Of a stretch of 55,487 nt of DNA, positions 10,729 through 23,277 are shown one piece after another. Made by a program: the position numbers and the translations under genes. Source of the stretch: Prasinococcaceae sp. CCMP 1430 (lineage: Eukaryota > Plantae > Prasinodermophyta); assembly GCA_013416795.1 (NCBI GenBank), contig RQSC01000892.1, positions 1 to 55,487 on the forward strand. The letters run 5' to 3'. Position 1 is the first letter of the stretch. The number at the start of each line of letters is the position of its first letter. The notes below the pieces were generated by a model that saw nothing but the letters and a program-made list of their open reading frames with translations, searched no databases and was not told the DNA's origin.

Positions 10729-13700
10729 TCACTCTTTCGCCCTCGTGGACGTGCCGCTGGTATCCACGCTGACGTCGCTGGCGTCGTGCAACGGGAAGGT
10801 GTCGAAAGACGCGGAGAGCGAACGCCGAGCGTCTCCTTCCCTCGCCTTCTCCTCGCGCTCTTGTTCTTCGTCGGCCTGGCAAAGCAGCTCGTCCAGGTCG
10901 ACGCTCGAGCCCCCTTGCAGAGTCTTGTATAGCAGCTTGTTTGCAGCGCGGGTGCTCTATCGGAGGGAGGTGTGTGTGTGTGTGTTTGTGTAGTGGCGAT
11001 GTGGTGGTTGGTGGGTGTGAATTCGCGCGTCCCAACAAGGCAAGGATGTCAGGGAGCATCGCACGGGTCGTATGTCATGCGCGCAGGCAGGCGCGCGTGC
11101 GCGTGCGCAAACACACACACGGAGGGTAGGGGTCACAGCAGCCAAGTACTGACCTTGAGAATCTCATCCCTCTCCTCGTCGGTGACTGTGTGAGCCTTCT
11201 CCGTCGTGACCTCTCCGCCATCCACTGCGTTGTCCTCGGACTTTGCGAGTGCTGCGCGCGTGTGTCTCAGCGCGGCGTTGTCAGCCATCACGCGCTTGAC
11301 CAACGCCTTGAAGAGCCTCTTGCCCGACAATCCCCGCAAGTTCTTGGGGATGTACTCGCGCCAGCTGCCGTGCGCCAGCTCGTCCTCGAGCTGGCGCAAT
11401 TCCGCCGTGAGGGCGTCGTCGCCGTCGGCAAACAGCGGCATGCTGCGGCAATCGGAGAGCGTGCCCTCGTTGACGGAGCGCGCAAACAAGAACGTGATGA
11501 TTGGCAGCGGGATGAGGATGAGACGCATCGACACGAAGTCCGACACGCCCATGCCTCCGATTGCGATGATCTGCGTGATGATCATGCACGTGCAGCTCTT
11601 GTTGAAGAGCCACTGCCACATGTACCCCCCGTTGGCGTACTTGGCGCGATAGTAATAGACCGCGTTGTGCTTCCAGAAGATCACTGCTAAGGAGAAGTAG
11701 AGGGCGCAGATTGGCAGGATGAGCGGTGCGTACACGGCATACAGAGTGCCGAGCAGGAAGACCAGGAACATCTGCGCGGGCACGCGGTGCATCGGCATGG
11801 CCTCGGGCACAGTGTACTTGCGCGCGAGCCGCTCGTGCGTGCGCTCCCCCTTGACGACGCGATTCAAGCCCACCTTGGTGAGGTACTGCAAGTGGAAGGG
11901 CGGATGCAAGAGCTCAAAAGGGAGCGACTGCGCCACGCGCAGCATGCAGAAGTTCATGAAGAGTGTCGATGAGGTGACCAGCCTCTCCGTAAGTAGGAGC
12001 CCCAGCGTGTCGAGATTTTCCGTCCATCCCACGATCTCGTTCCAAATGGGTTCCGTGGTTATGTTCGCGATGACAACATTGAGCACGAGCAGCCAGAAGT
12101 AGATGCTCGCGCCCTCCGTGTCCATGCGGCTGAAGCTCACGTGGCCGTACGTGCGGCTCACCAGCAGGCTGAATATGTGCCCCAACACCAGAAAAATGAT
12201 GAGAATCAGCGCGACGAGGATGTTGAAGAGCGTGGTGCCGAACCGGAAATCGTTGAAGCGCGACTGGTTGTCGGTGAGCAGGTCCTTGAGTGAATTGACA
12301 GGCAGCAAGAAGAAGACCACCATCACCGCGGCCACCAAGCGCCCGCGAAAAGTACGCAAGTTTCGCTGGCGTGTCGTTCGCGCTAGGTTGGGCCAAACCA
12401 CGTCCGTTGGGCCCGGAGCGGCCTCAGCATTCCAGTTGTCGATAGTTGCGTCCATCTGCACCTGCTGTGCGATGGTCGAGTGGCGGCGACGACGAAAGAT
12501 TATCAGCGCAGCGGGAGCAGGTTGGCTCTCGCGGATGAGAGAGCGTCTCTCCCTCTGGAATTCCTCGTTGAGACTTTCCACCTTTGACTCGAGCTCGACC
12601 AGCTCCTTGGGCTTGAGCTCTGCGATCGCGCTCCGCCTGGTCGACTGCAGGAACGAGTGCGTCTCCGCACCTTTGAGCAACGGCGAGGTGAGCAGGAGAA
12701 TCTCTGCGGCGGCCTGGTGGCGCAGTCGCCATCGGTCGAGCTGCTCACGCGCGCGCTCCAGCTTGGCCGCCACGGCATCCACACGCGTGGTGTCAAAAGC
12801 CTGGATGACGTGTAGAATGTCCTCACGTGGAAAGATCCTTGCGAACTTGGCCACGACATGCTGGTTGCCCTCGACGCGCGAGAGCAGACCCGAATCGGGA
12901 TCGAGAAGCTTCTCCAGAGATGCGCTGAACACTCCCCCCGCCTCTGCCACTGAGGAAGCATCTTCCTCGCCATCGTCCCTCGTGGACCTCCATGTCTCCT
13001 CGGCGGCGGTCACGCCCATTGCGTTTTCTACTACGCCTGAACGGTCCTGCCCGTCGAAGGGGGCACACGACACCGGGTTGAGTGTGTCGTCGGCCAATTG
13101 GATTTTCGACTCCATTTTCCGGACGGGCGGCGGTGTTGCACTCTCGTCGCCACTGCGACTACCGGCATCGGCGGAGCGCACGTTCCTGCCCTTGCCGCGC
13201 GTGCCACGCTGTGCGGCGGCCGTGTCGCCGCCCATTGCTTTCGGGACACCACTGCTGACGTCGCGCCCTGCTTTCGTCACCTTAGTACCCGCTTCATTCA
13301 GCAGCCTGCCAAGCGCTGCGACCTGCTGCGTGACGGTAGAGCCGAGTGCTGTCATGCCTCTCGAGAGTCTAGAGCGTCGCGGTTTCGCCGGGAAGCGGTC
13401 ACCCCTCAGACGCGTGATCCCCCGGCGCTTGGCGATCGGCACCACAAACCATCGCACGAGTGCGCGCGCTGTAAGGACGTCGATGAGAGCCCACAGCACG
13501 ATTGTATAGAGGAAGCCGAAGAATCGACCGCCAACTGCCAGCAGCTGCGCAGGGTTGGTGAGAACCAGCTGCGCCTTGTGCGTCTCGGCATCGTGCACTG
13601 GCACGTCGCTGACCATGACCGTGTGCATCTGCACGCCCGCCTTGAGTGGGTCGACCGCCCAGCGCAGCGCAGCGTAGCGCTCAGACCCCGCGCTGAGCAG

Positions 13701-14850
13701 TTTGCACATGAGGTACGTGTGGAAGTACAGCACAAACACGGAAAACAGGCGTGCCTTCGAATTCACACCAAGGTTGCCGATGGTGAAGTGCCGCATCTCC
13801 TTGTCGAGCAGCGACGTCGCGTTGTGCCCAATTGACGCCACAAGCTGGTCGTTGTCCGTGTCGTTGTACGCTTCGCCGCTGGCGTACAACCCCACCAAAA
13901 GAGGCATCGAAGTCAAGGTCGCCACGCCGAAGAATGTCGCACCCAGCTTGAGCCATGTAATCAGCATGACGTCGTCAAGAGACGTCGCCTCGAGCATTTC
14001 GTCATCTGTGCGAGAAAACGCCTGCGAGCATGCGTGACGCGTGAGCGCGTGCATGTGCGTGCGAGTATGTGTTGGGCGTTGAGAGGAAAGGCGCGGTGCG
14101 GCGCGGCGAGGTGTGAGTGCTGGTCAGGAGGACCCCATGCGGAGTGCACGCCGCGTAGGCTCGCGAATGTGGCAGGATGCCCTGTGCGTGCGCACGAGCG
14201 GGAAGCGATGGAGCGACTTACCTTGCTGAGGAATCCGAACCAGCCTTTCAGCTCTGGCAACCTCACATGCAGCGTGGGAAAGCTCACGTGGTGCGGGTCC
14301 ATGAAGCGCACGGGGTCGAAGGTGCGCTGAAGGGCAGGCACCTTTAGGAACGCACACAGGTGGGACGTGTGGGGCATATTGAAGTGTACGGAGGAGGATG
14401 GGGCATCAGAAGCGGCGTGCGAGCGTCAGATTAAGTGAGGACGATTAGATGCGTCAGGAGACAGGACGCAAGCTCACATGCGCGACTTTGCACCTGGGTG
14501 CACGCGTGGGCGTGCACTCGCAAGCGCAGCCTTCATTTCGCGCCCGAGGCGCCCGAGCCCGGGCGCCCCCCCATCCCCACCCCCACCCCGCGCGCGCGCA
14601 GCTCCACACGCGCTCTCTCTCTGCCACCCCCCTCCTCCCCCCCTCTCTATTGAATACGTACATGCCTGAGCTTGGACACGAGCAGGATGAGCACACAGAA
14701 CAGGCCCACAAGAATTCCTACTGTGCGCAGCATGTCGGCGACCGTGGTACTCTGAGTTTCCTCAAGGACTGCTGGGTATGCGATGCAGCCGACGTCCCGC
14801 ACACGCCCACTGACAATGAGCGTCGAGTTCACACAAAAGGCGCCAACCTC
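10729..14850 (-). CDS. CSC1/OSCA (ERD4/TMEM63) osmo-/mechanosensitive channel, multi-exon
   Basis: SLDDVMLITWLKLG, FTIGNL, HTVMVSDVP, AEAAPGPTDVVWPNL, YAVYAPLILP and YANGGYMW. Exons at about 14662-14850, 14222-14341, 11153-14012 and 10729-10935. The start is uncertain. Confidence 0.9.
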
Positions 14851-15830
14851 GGCGCAGCACTGTGGCCGAGAGCGCTCCCGATCGCCGCCACGCACTGTGC
14901 GTCGCCCATGGTGCGTCGCCCGTGTTGCAAACAGCGGCAAGTGGCGCAGCGCCAATCGAACGCCGCCGCCGCCGCCGCCGCCGCCGCCCCTGGCGGGGGC
15001 GATGGGGCGCGTGCGCCCGCTCGCGCACCTCCGCTGCGCACACACCGCGCGCAGTGGCGGGGCAAACCCACACCGCTGCTCGCCTGCTCCCGCGCCCGCT
15101 GGCTCGCTCTGCCGATGCTGATACCGCCCGGCCGCGAGTCCTCCTCCCAGCGCTCGCTCGCTGCCGCGGGCGCTGATGCTGCGCGTTCCCCTGCACGCTC
15201 GCACGCGCGGGGAAACTGGCGGAACTGCTGTGCGCATGCTCTGCCCTCCCTCGACGTTCAGGGTAGTTCTGATCAAAACCACGTGCTGTCGCAGCGTCGG
15301 GGAACGCCTCCCCCGACCAACCACGCCCGCGTTCCACCAGGCATGAGTCGGTCGATAGACTAGTGCGACGCACGTCGTCCAACGGCGTCGGCCTGGGTGG
15401 ACGGGCAGGCTGAGTCCGCGCGTGTGCTTACGACCACGGCGGTCGGTCGGGAGAGGACGCAAACCTGCCTGTCGGCCGACCCGGCTGGGCAGAGCACGCT
15501 GTGGGGAACTGCACGGATTGCGTGCTGCCACCGGGGAACTGAAATCGAACTGGCCCACCAAAATACCCCGGGTCAGCGGTCGCAACGCCCAAATCATCAC
15601 TATCTCTCTTGCATGCGCCGTAAGCGTCTCTGTCCTCCCCCAGGAGACGTCCCAAGGATCCTATTCCTTTACCCCGGTCATCGCCGCCTTCCCACTGTAC
15701 TCCTCGGTTCCATCTGTTCCCACGGCGCCCAACGAACACGACGGGACTTCGACCCGGTCGCGCCCGCTGCGCGGAAGTTGGTGCCGCCTCCGCGGCCACA
15801 CGGCGCGCGGTCGCGGCGGCGGTGGGTGCG

Positions 15831-17461
15831 ATGGCTGGTGTCGAGTTGAGCTTCGACGGTGGTAGCTCGTGGCACTTCGCAGAAACGGCGGGCCGCGCCA
15901 GTGCGCGTAGGCCGCTCGGGGCGGCCGGTGCGCTCAGCACGGCGGTCTCGGACGGGGCGGCGAGGGCGGCGGCGGACGCAGACGTGCACACGTTCACCGT
16001 CGGCGAGTCCGCGAAGCAGAAGGTGCGCGATAGGGCCTGCCTATTCCGCCACCGCGCCTGTCGGCTGGTCCGCGCGATCCACCAACCGCGCGCTCGCAAC
16101 CCGCGTGAGAGGGTTTTCGCTCGAGAACGCGAGCCGCGCGCCCGGCGCAGCGCAGCAGATGCTGTGGCCGCGTCCAAGCTCGCGCTGCTGACTGCGATGC
16201 GCTTGTACATTCCTGCTGTCGCTCGCCCGCCTGGCCTGTATGCCTCATTCGCGCGCAGGGGCCCGCCGGTGCGAAGCAGAAGAAGCTGCGCCTCGACGCC
16301 TTCCTGTCCGCGTCGTTGCCCGATGTGAGCCGCAACCGCCTGCAGCGCTGCATCCGTGACGGCCTCGTTAGCCTGAATGGCGCGCCGTGCGAGTCTCAGC
16401 GCCAACCAGTGCGAGTGGGCGACGTCGTGTGCGTCGGCGTGCCGCCGCCACCGCCGTGCGAGGCTGCCCCGCAGGACATTCCGCTCGACGTCGTCCACGA
16501 GGACGACCAGTGCATCGTGGTAAACAAGGCGCCAGGCATGGTGTGCCACCCATCGCCGGGTCACGAGGACGGCACGCTCGTCAACGCGCTGCTGCACCAC
16601 CTGCAGCTGCCCGCTGTTGTGGTGCCAACCGGAGCCGCGATGCCCGTCGCACTCACAGGTGAAGACAATGGCGATGCCGACGAAGGCACTTCCGGCGTGT
16701 CCGACGCGGACGAGCTTGTGCAGCTGCTCCCAGCGGCGGCGAGCGGGGCGCCGCTGCGGCCGGGTATTGTGCACCGCCTCGACGTGGGCACTTCAGGCCT
16801 GCTGGTGGTAGCCAAGTCGGCGCAGGCACACGCGCACCTCTGTGAGCAGTTCAAGGCGCGCACCGTCGAGCGCGAGTACGTGGCGCTGTTGTGCGGCGCG
16901 CCGGACGGCTCGCTCTCGCGAGCGCGCCAGGGCGAGCACGAACCCTCAGGTCGCGTGGAGACGTACATCGGCCGCGACCCCAAGCAGCGGCTGCGCATGG
17001 CGGCGCTGCCGGAGGGCTCGAGCCGTGGGCGGCGGGCGGCCTCCAACTGGCAGCTGATGGAGCAGCTGGCGGGCGGTGCGGTCTGCGTGTCTGCGTGGCG
17101 GCTCGAGACAGGGCGGACGCACCAGATTCGCGTGCACGCTGCGCACACGGGTGCCCCGCTGCTGGGCGATGTGCTGTACGGGGGTACCGCAACGCGAGCC
17201 CTGCAGGGGGTGTCGGGTGAGGCGCGCCGCGAGGCGGTGAGCGCAGCGGCGCGCGACATTGGCAGGCCCGCCCTCCATGCGCGAACGCTCGCATTCGACC
17301 ACCCGACCACGGGCGAGCGCCTGCGCTTCGAGTGCGACGTGCCCGATGACATGACTCGGATCATCGAGGGTCTCGAGGAGACTGACATCAAGGCGCACGC
17401 CCAGGACGTCGCCAACGGCAAGGGGCGCAGGCACTTGCCGCACTGGAGCGAACTCGACTGA
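15831..17461 (+). CDS. rluD: RluD/RluA-family RNA pseudouridine synthase with S4 domain
   Basis: RLDAFL..SRNRLQRCI..G (S4), VVNKAPGMVCHP, RPGIVHRLDVGTSGL, LETGRTHQIRVH and RPALHARTLAFDHP. Intron 16023-16258. Confidence 0.93.
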
Positions 17462-17578
17462 GGCGCACAGAAGTGCCGTCCCCTCGCGCGTGCTCGCTGT
17501 GCAGTGAAAGAATAATACAGCATCACATCAGATAGCACCTCAGTACGTTGTACCGTGTGGCGTGTTGCCGCGCGCCGG

Positions 17579-18882
17579 CTACGGTTGCAGTCGTGTTGGC
17601 TTGTTCGACGGCTTTCCAGCTGGTCCTTCGCCGCCGCCGGCCCGCTCCCCGTCCCATACCTTCAGGACCAGCCCAGCAATGATTAGAGCACACGAGGCGA
17701 GCTGCGCCACGCCAAGGCCGTCCCCCCCGACGCTGTTTGCCTCAACAAGCGCGCTGAGCAGTGGCTGGAGCGCCAGCGAGATCGTCACCGTGCTCGGGCT
17801 TGCCCATCGGTTGGCCCACGCCATGGCGACATACGTTGCAACAGTCGCAAACAATGCGGCGTACAGAATCCCCCCCCACCCGATGGCCGAATCGACGTAT
17901 ATCCTTGGGTCTCCCACGCCGAACACGCACACGGTCGCTGCGACGGTAAAGACAGCTGCGATGGCGTAGCTGCACGCAGTCACGAGGACTGCGCTGGGGA
18001 TAGTGGCAAGCACGCGCTTCTGCACCACCCACATGCAGCCAGCGCACAGGCATTGCACGAGCAGGACGACGTTGCCGAGCGACACGCGCTCGGCACTCTT
18101 TCGCGCGAGGCGTGCCTCCTCGGGGCCGCCGTTCTCACCTAGACATTGTAGACCACGCGCGTGCGCGTGTCTGTCAGGGTTCGAGCACGCATGCGCCGCG
18201 CGGCAGCAAACACTCGAGCACAGGGTTGGCGATGCAAGGCTGCGATGGGACGTGGCGGTGTGGCCCTCTGCGACGCACCTCCCTCCACAGCGCTGCCGCT
18301 CTTATTGCCCAGGTAGACCGTCAGCGCGGCACCGCCGCATGCCATCGCTACGCTCGCCACCTTCGCGACGCTCATCCTCTCGAAGCCTGCGGCGTAAGCC
18401 ACCAGCGACGCGAAGACGGGTTGGGTGGGCTGAAAGATCGCTGCGTTGAAGGACGTCACCATCGACAGCCCAGTGATGAAGCCCACGACGTTGCAGAACA
18501 TGAGCACGCCGAGCAGCAGGAGCTCTCGCCTGTGAGCGTAGAGCTCCTTCCAAGAAGTCTCCCCCACCTCCGCTCTCTTGCCCGCCCCCACCTTGCCCCC
18601 GCGCAAGGACATGCCCACGAGGGCGACCAGCGTCGCTGCGGCCACCACTTCGCGCCACATTGCAAAGATGAGCGGCGGCAGGTCCACCTGAGCCATGGTA
18701 TACTTGGCAATGTAGAACCACATCACAAAGATCACCTGGACGACCACGAGCGTGCCATAGACTACCGCGGGCTTCGGCGCGCGCTCCCTGCTTTGCACGC
18801 CGCCCGCCTCGTGCTCGCCGGCGTCCGCGGCTGCGCCCGCCGCGCCCTTGTGCAGGTTCGCCAGGCCGACGCGCCCGGCCAT
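17579..18882 (-). CDS. EamA/DMT-family (WAT1-like) transporter, 2 exons
   Basis: About 10 TM helices in two EamA repeats: PPLIFAMWRE, TSFNAAIFQPTQPVFA, FERMS..KV, GNVVLLVQCLC, SPSTVT..LQPL. Intron at ~18140-18277. Confidence 0.85.
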
Positions 18883-18904
18883 CGGTCGCGCGCCTCCGAG
18901 GGCG

Positions 18905-19229
18905 GCAGCCACATCCACGCGCACGCCGCGCATCATCGACAGGTCGATGCAGAGGGCGCCGTGCGCGAAGGCCAGGTGAGAGTGTCGCCCGCCAGCCACG
19001 CACAGCGGCAGGGCGGGAGCGGCGATCTCGGCCAGCCTTCCTCTCTCATGTTTTGTGGGCGAGCAAGCGCGTCCTGTCGCAGCTCCTGGCGATGGCGAGG
19101 CGGCATCCTGTCGCTGAAGAGCCGCGCTCCGCCGTCGCTCGGCAACGGCTGCGGCGGCGCGCACCGCCGCGGCGACGTCGGCGGGCGTGTGCGCTACGAC
19201 GATGGCGGAAGGAAGCCGCAGCGCGTCGA
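18905..19229 (-). other. Fragment of an FAD-binding (PCMH / FAD_binding_4, berberine-bridge-type) oxidase
   Basis: PSAIVVAHTPADVAAAVRAA ... LCVAGGRHSH ... LCIDLSMMRGVRVD. The fragment abuts the N at 19230 and lacks the rest of the domain. Confidence 0.75.
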
Positions 19230-19297
19230 NCAGCACGAACACCTGATGGGTTCGACTTTGGGGAAGGCCTTCGGCTTGCGGCGGCGACAGCGCGAGA

Positions 19298-19923
19298 TGA
19301 GCGAGGCGGCGCGGAAGCCGGCGGGCGTGCAGAACGTGCAACGGCGCACGTGGGATAAGGATGAGGCGCGGGAGCGATGGAACGAGCGCGAGCAGGCGGC
19401 GGCCGAGGGGCGCAAGCCGAAGAACCAAATGGTCATCCGCGAGTCTCTCAACAAGTCCAACTTGATAGCGAGGGACGTCAAGACCGAGATAGAGAGCCGT
19501 GTCGGCACGCGCATGATCGTCACTGAGGCCAACCGTGGAGGTTTCCAGTGCCGCGAGACTGGCGTCGTGCTCCGCGATTCGCACGCGTACCTCGACCACA
19601 TCAATGGCCGCAAACAGCTGGCGGCGCGCGGCGTCGCTATTGACCGCGTCGAGCATGCCAGCCTGAAGACGGTCAAGGAGCGCCTAGCGCACCACAAGCG
19701 AGAGCGCATGTCAGTCTCCAAGACGAGCGAGCAAACGTGGGACGCGCGCGTCAAGCAGGCGGAAAAGGACGAGGAGGCGCGGCGCGTGGCGAAGAAGGCG
19801 CGCCGGGAGGCCGAAAAGAAAGCGCGCGAGGAGGCTGCAGCAGCTGAGGCGCAGGAGGGCATCGACCCCGAGATGGCCGCCATGATGGGCTTCTCAGGCT
19901 TCGGCGGCTCAAAAAAGAATTGA
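19298..19923 (+). CDS. ZMAT2: Spliceosomal B-complex protein ZMAT2/Snu23
   Basis: RRTWDKDE, DSHAYLDHINGRK, SLKTVKERL and C-terminal DPEMAAMMGFSGFGGSKK. Confidence 0.92.
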
Positions 19924-20145
19924 GGAATTGCGCGGCACCCTCGCCGCCCAACGACAGCGCGCGCCATTTCTCTGCGTCTCATGGAGCCCTGCGCGCGTGG
20001 TGCCCACCACAAGGTATTGTAGCACGATAGTACTAATGTCCTCTTTCGATAACCCCCCGCCGGGCGCGGAGGAAGCTTGCTATGTCACACGATGTTACAA
20101 CGTGCCGGTGCGCACCCGCGCGCCAGCGTCGGATACGAGCGTTCG

Positions 20146-21036
20146 TCAGTGTATGACGGCGGCACGCATGTCTGTGTCTGCGTCGCGTAATATGTCCTCG
20201 AGCCGCCTCGCGTTGAGATGGGCGTCGGTGACCCACGCGGCGACGAGCAGCGTGAGACGGTCACGCACGTCGACGTTCGCGGCATCCACCGTCTGTGATC
20301 CAACGCCAGCGGCCACGCCCTCCGCAATGTGACCATGATAACCTGCAAAGCCACGGTCGTCACCAGGCGGCGGGGGCCACGCGCGGCCGGCATGGAGGGC
20401 GTCGCTCGCTGTGCGCAGCGCATCCATAGCTCCACGCTTGTTGCGCAGCTCGGCCTCGAGCAGCTCGACGCCCTCGCGGGCGGACAAGAGAAGCAGCTTG
20501 CGCGGCAGGCACGCAAACAGAGGTCGTCCTGCAGCTTCTTCAGCCGTGGCGCTTTCGGGGCAGCCGTCCGCTCCGAGGCCGAGCACTCGCGCAAGCGCGT
20601 CAGCCGCCTCGGCTGCCGCACGGATGTCCTCCTCCATCTCACCGAGCAGCTCATCAGCCCGGTCGCAAGCGGCCTCGCCACGGGCTTGCAGCTTGCGTGA
20701 CATCGCCTCCAGCAGCGCGCCGCCGCCGCCAGCGCCCTCGAGCAGCACGCCTAGCGGCGGCACCTCGCCAGCTGCGGCTGCCGCGCCGCGCAGCGCGGCG
20801 TCGGCGCACGGCGCGCCCGGCCGCGCGCCGCCGCGAGAGACGGTCGCGCGCGGTGGCCAGCGCCGTGTATGCGCGCCTGCACGACCCTGCGGGGGTCTCT
20901 CCTGCCATCGCCGCCCTCCGCAGCTCTCAGACCCCCCTCCCACCACTGAACCCCTCCCTGCGGCCCCAACAACGCGCACACCAACCTTTCTGACCTCGCG
21001 CGCAGACGCAGCGTGAGCGCGAGGTGTGGCGGCCAT
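20146..21036 (-). CDS. Hypothetical helical protein
   Basis: Coding-like open frame (ELLEAELRNKRGAMDAL..LLVAAWVTDAHLN) with TGTAA downstream on the minus strand. A 5' intron is possible. Confidence 0.55.
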   Translation of the reverse strand: MAATPRAHAASAREVRKVGVRVVGAAGRGSVVGGGSESCGGRRWQERPPQGRAGAHTRRWPPRATVSRGGARPGAPCADAALRGAAAAAGEVPPLGVLLEGAGGGGALLEAMSRKLQARGEAACDRADELLGEMEEDIRAAAEAADALARVLGLGADGCPESATAEEAAGRPLFACLPRKLLLLSAREGVELLEAELRNKRGAMDALRTASDALHAGRAWPPPPGDDRGFAGYHGHIAEGVAAGVGSQTVDAANVDVRDRLTLLVAAWVTDAHLNARRLEDILRDADTDMRAAVIH

Positions 21037-21100
21037 ACCACGCGCGCCCCCCGCGCGCACGCCGCGCGCATACCTGCCGCCTGCCGTTGCTGCGCAGGTG

Positions 21101-23219
21101 ATGATCACGCCGGCCTTCTCAGTGGATCAGGATGCTGCCAGCGTGCGCGTGACGGTGCGGGCGCCGTACATTCGCGCCAAAGCCATCGAGGTCGCCGTGG
21201 GCGAGCGCGAGCTGCGCTTGCACGCCAAGCCGTACTTCCTCAGCCTTACGTTCGAGCAGCCGCTTGTGGGCGACGGCGACGGTGAGGAGGGCGCGGCAGC
21301 GGCAGGGAGCTATGACGTCGACAAGGGGAACCTCACGATCGAGGTCAAGAAGGTGCGTGCAACCGCTCTCGCCTGAGCGTGCGAGAGGGGAAAGGGAGCG
21401 GGAGGGGGCTTTGGTGGATGCATTGCGGTGTGCAGAGCCCGCCGGCGCCTGCCTGCGGTGCGTGGGCAGCTCCTGACTCGCAGCGCGGGCGTGGCTCGCC
21501 CCCCTGCTGCTTGCAGGCCAACCCGGGGGAGCGCTTCACTGGGCTAGACATGCTTACGCGCTTGCTCACGCCCGGGGGTGGAGGGGGCAGGGGCACACGT
21601 GGCGGCGGCAGTGGTGGGCCGCTCATTCAGGAGCTCGACGGTGGCGAGCGCCCCGCTGGCGGCGGCTGCGAGTCAGGCGACGACGGCGATGACGGTGGCG
21701 ATGAATGGCGGATGCCTCAGGCGATTGGCGACAACGCGGGTGACCGCGCCACGCTGTGTGCACCCTCGTACGGCTTCAATGTGAGTGTGCCAACGTAGGA
21801 CCGCGTGCTGCGCGGTGCTCGCCCCTGTGCGTTGCTGGCGCGCCTGGCCACGCCGCACCTGACGCTGACCCACACACCGGGGCGCGCACGTCACAGTGCG
21901 GACACAGCGGCGCCTTTGCGCCTCTCGGTAGCGCCTCGAGCGAGGTGGTCGAGCTGCCTACGCCGGACAGCACCCCCGCCGCGGAGCGGCGCGCGCTGCG
22001 CCTGGTAGCCGAGCGCGAGCGCTTTGATCCGGAGCACTTCGCCTGCGATATTGCCGATGAGGACAGCATGGTAGCGGAGGCGCTGCGCGCGGAGGTTTGG
22101 TGGACGCACGAAAATGCCGGCGCGGAAGGCAACAAGGACGGCGCGGGCAGCGCTCATTGCGCACGCGAGGACGCCGCCGCCGGCTCACTCGCGGAGCACC
22201 TCGCGAGCGTCTCGCTCGAGGGTGCCAGAGTCGCCTCGGGCACTAGAGACACCTCAGGTGTTGGCAGCAATGCTTGCAAAGTCGGCGGCGATGGAGCGGT
22301 GGACCGCGGTGGCCGCAGCGATGGCGTCAAGGTGCACCTCACCGAATGGGAGCGCGAGGCGCTCACGCGCCTGCCACGCCGCACGCCTCTGGTTGATGAG
22401 CGCGAGCGTCCAGCCACGTACCTGGGTCTGGTGGACCTGTGCTATGCGTACTCGCACGAGTATCGCGTGTGCGGTGGCGACTTCACGGCGGAGAGTGCCA
22501 CGACGGCCGCGCAACTCAGCGCGAGTCTCGCGTGGCTTGAGCGTTGGGAGTCAGTACGCGAGGTGGCCGAGGCGTGCGTGCGGCGGGCTTTGTGCTTCCC
22601 TCTGCTGCGATCGTGGCCGTTGGCGGTGTGCTGCCTGCGCGACACTGCGGCAGTGCTCCGCTGCGGGCGACGCGGTGTGCTGCGCTGCTTGCTGAAGCTA
22701 CGCCACCTCATGGAGCGTGCTGACGAGAAGCACCTGCTCAACAGGCTCTTTCTCGACCAATACTGCGTGTGGGTGCAGGGCATCAAGTGCGTCGCTGCAC
22801 CCTCATGACGCCAGCGCACAATGCGAGCCAGGCATCCCAAGCGCGCCGCGAGTGCTGACTCGCCCTGCCCGTCCCCGCGCACGCACGTGCGCTTGCTCAC
22901 TTGCAGGAGCCGCGGACTCCGCACCCTGGGGAACGAGCTCGACCGATTTGCGGATGCACTGGTGGAGGACGACATTGATCTGGGCGTGAGCCTCACACGC
23001 ATTCGCGCCATTGTTGTGGATGGCATAGACCCCGAAGCAGCCAGGGGCGACGGCGGCAGCGACGCCGCCAGTGACGACGGCAGCGACGGCGGCAGCGACG
23101 GCGGCAGCGACGGCGGCAGTGAATACAGCGCCTCGGGTTCTCTCGAAGCAGCAGTTGACAGAGCCGAAGCCATCGCCGAGAGCGCCAGCGCATCTCGCCC
23201 TCTCATCGAGGAGCTCTAG
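21101..23219 (+). CDS. SHQ1: H/ACA snoRNP assembly factor SHQ1, 4 exons
   Basis: MITPAFSVDQD..PYFLSL (CS domain), GERFTGLDMLTRLL, YGFN, FDPEH, GLVDLCYAY..E, RRALCFPL and LNRLFLDQYCVWVQ. Introns 21353-21516, 21781-21896 and 22787-22906. Confidence 0.95.
23048..23120 (+). repeat. 12-bp coding repeat (GACGGCGGCAGC)n, DGGS
   Basis: About 6 imperfect units in the last SHQ1 exon. Confidence 0.85.
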
Positions 23220-23277
23220 CGCAAGCAGTGCGCATTGTTGTGTAAGATTTTGTACCATTCCTACGCAGGTATTATAG

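Noticed and set aside
12103-13509. Long antisense or alternative-frame ORFs (also 16561-17538, 27492-28451, 37325-38773 and many others)
   Set aside because: These are shadow ORFs expected from very high GC and codon bias opposite real genes, and they contain no recognisable domains.
15180-15830. Possible extra gene between OSCA and RluD
   Set aside because: The ORFs in all frames lack recognisable motifs. The region could be UTR/promoter or unrecognised 5' exons.
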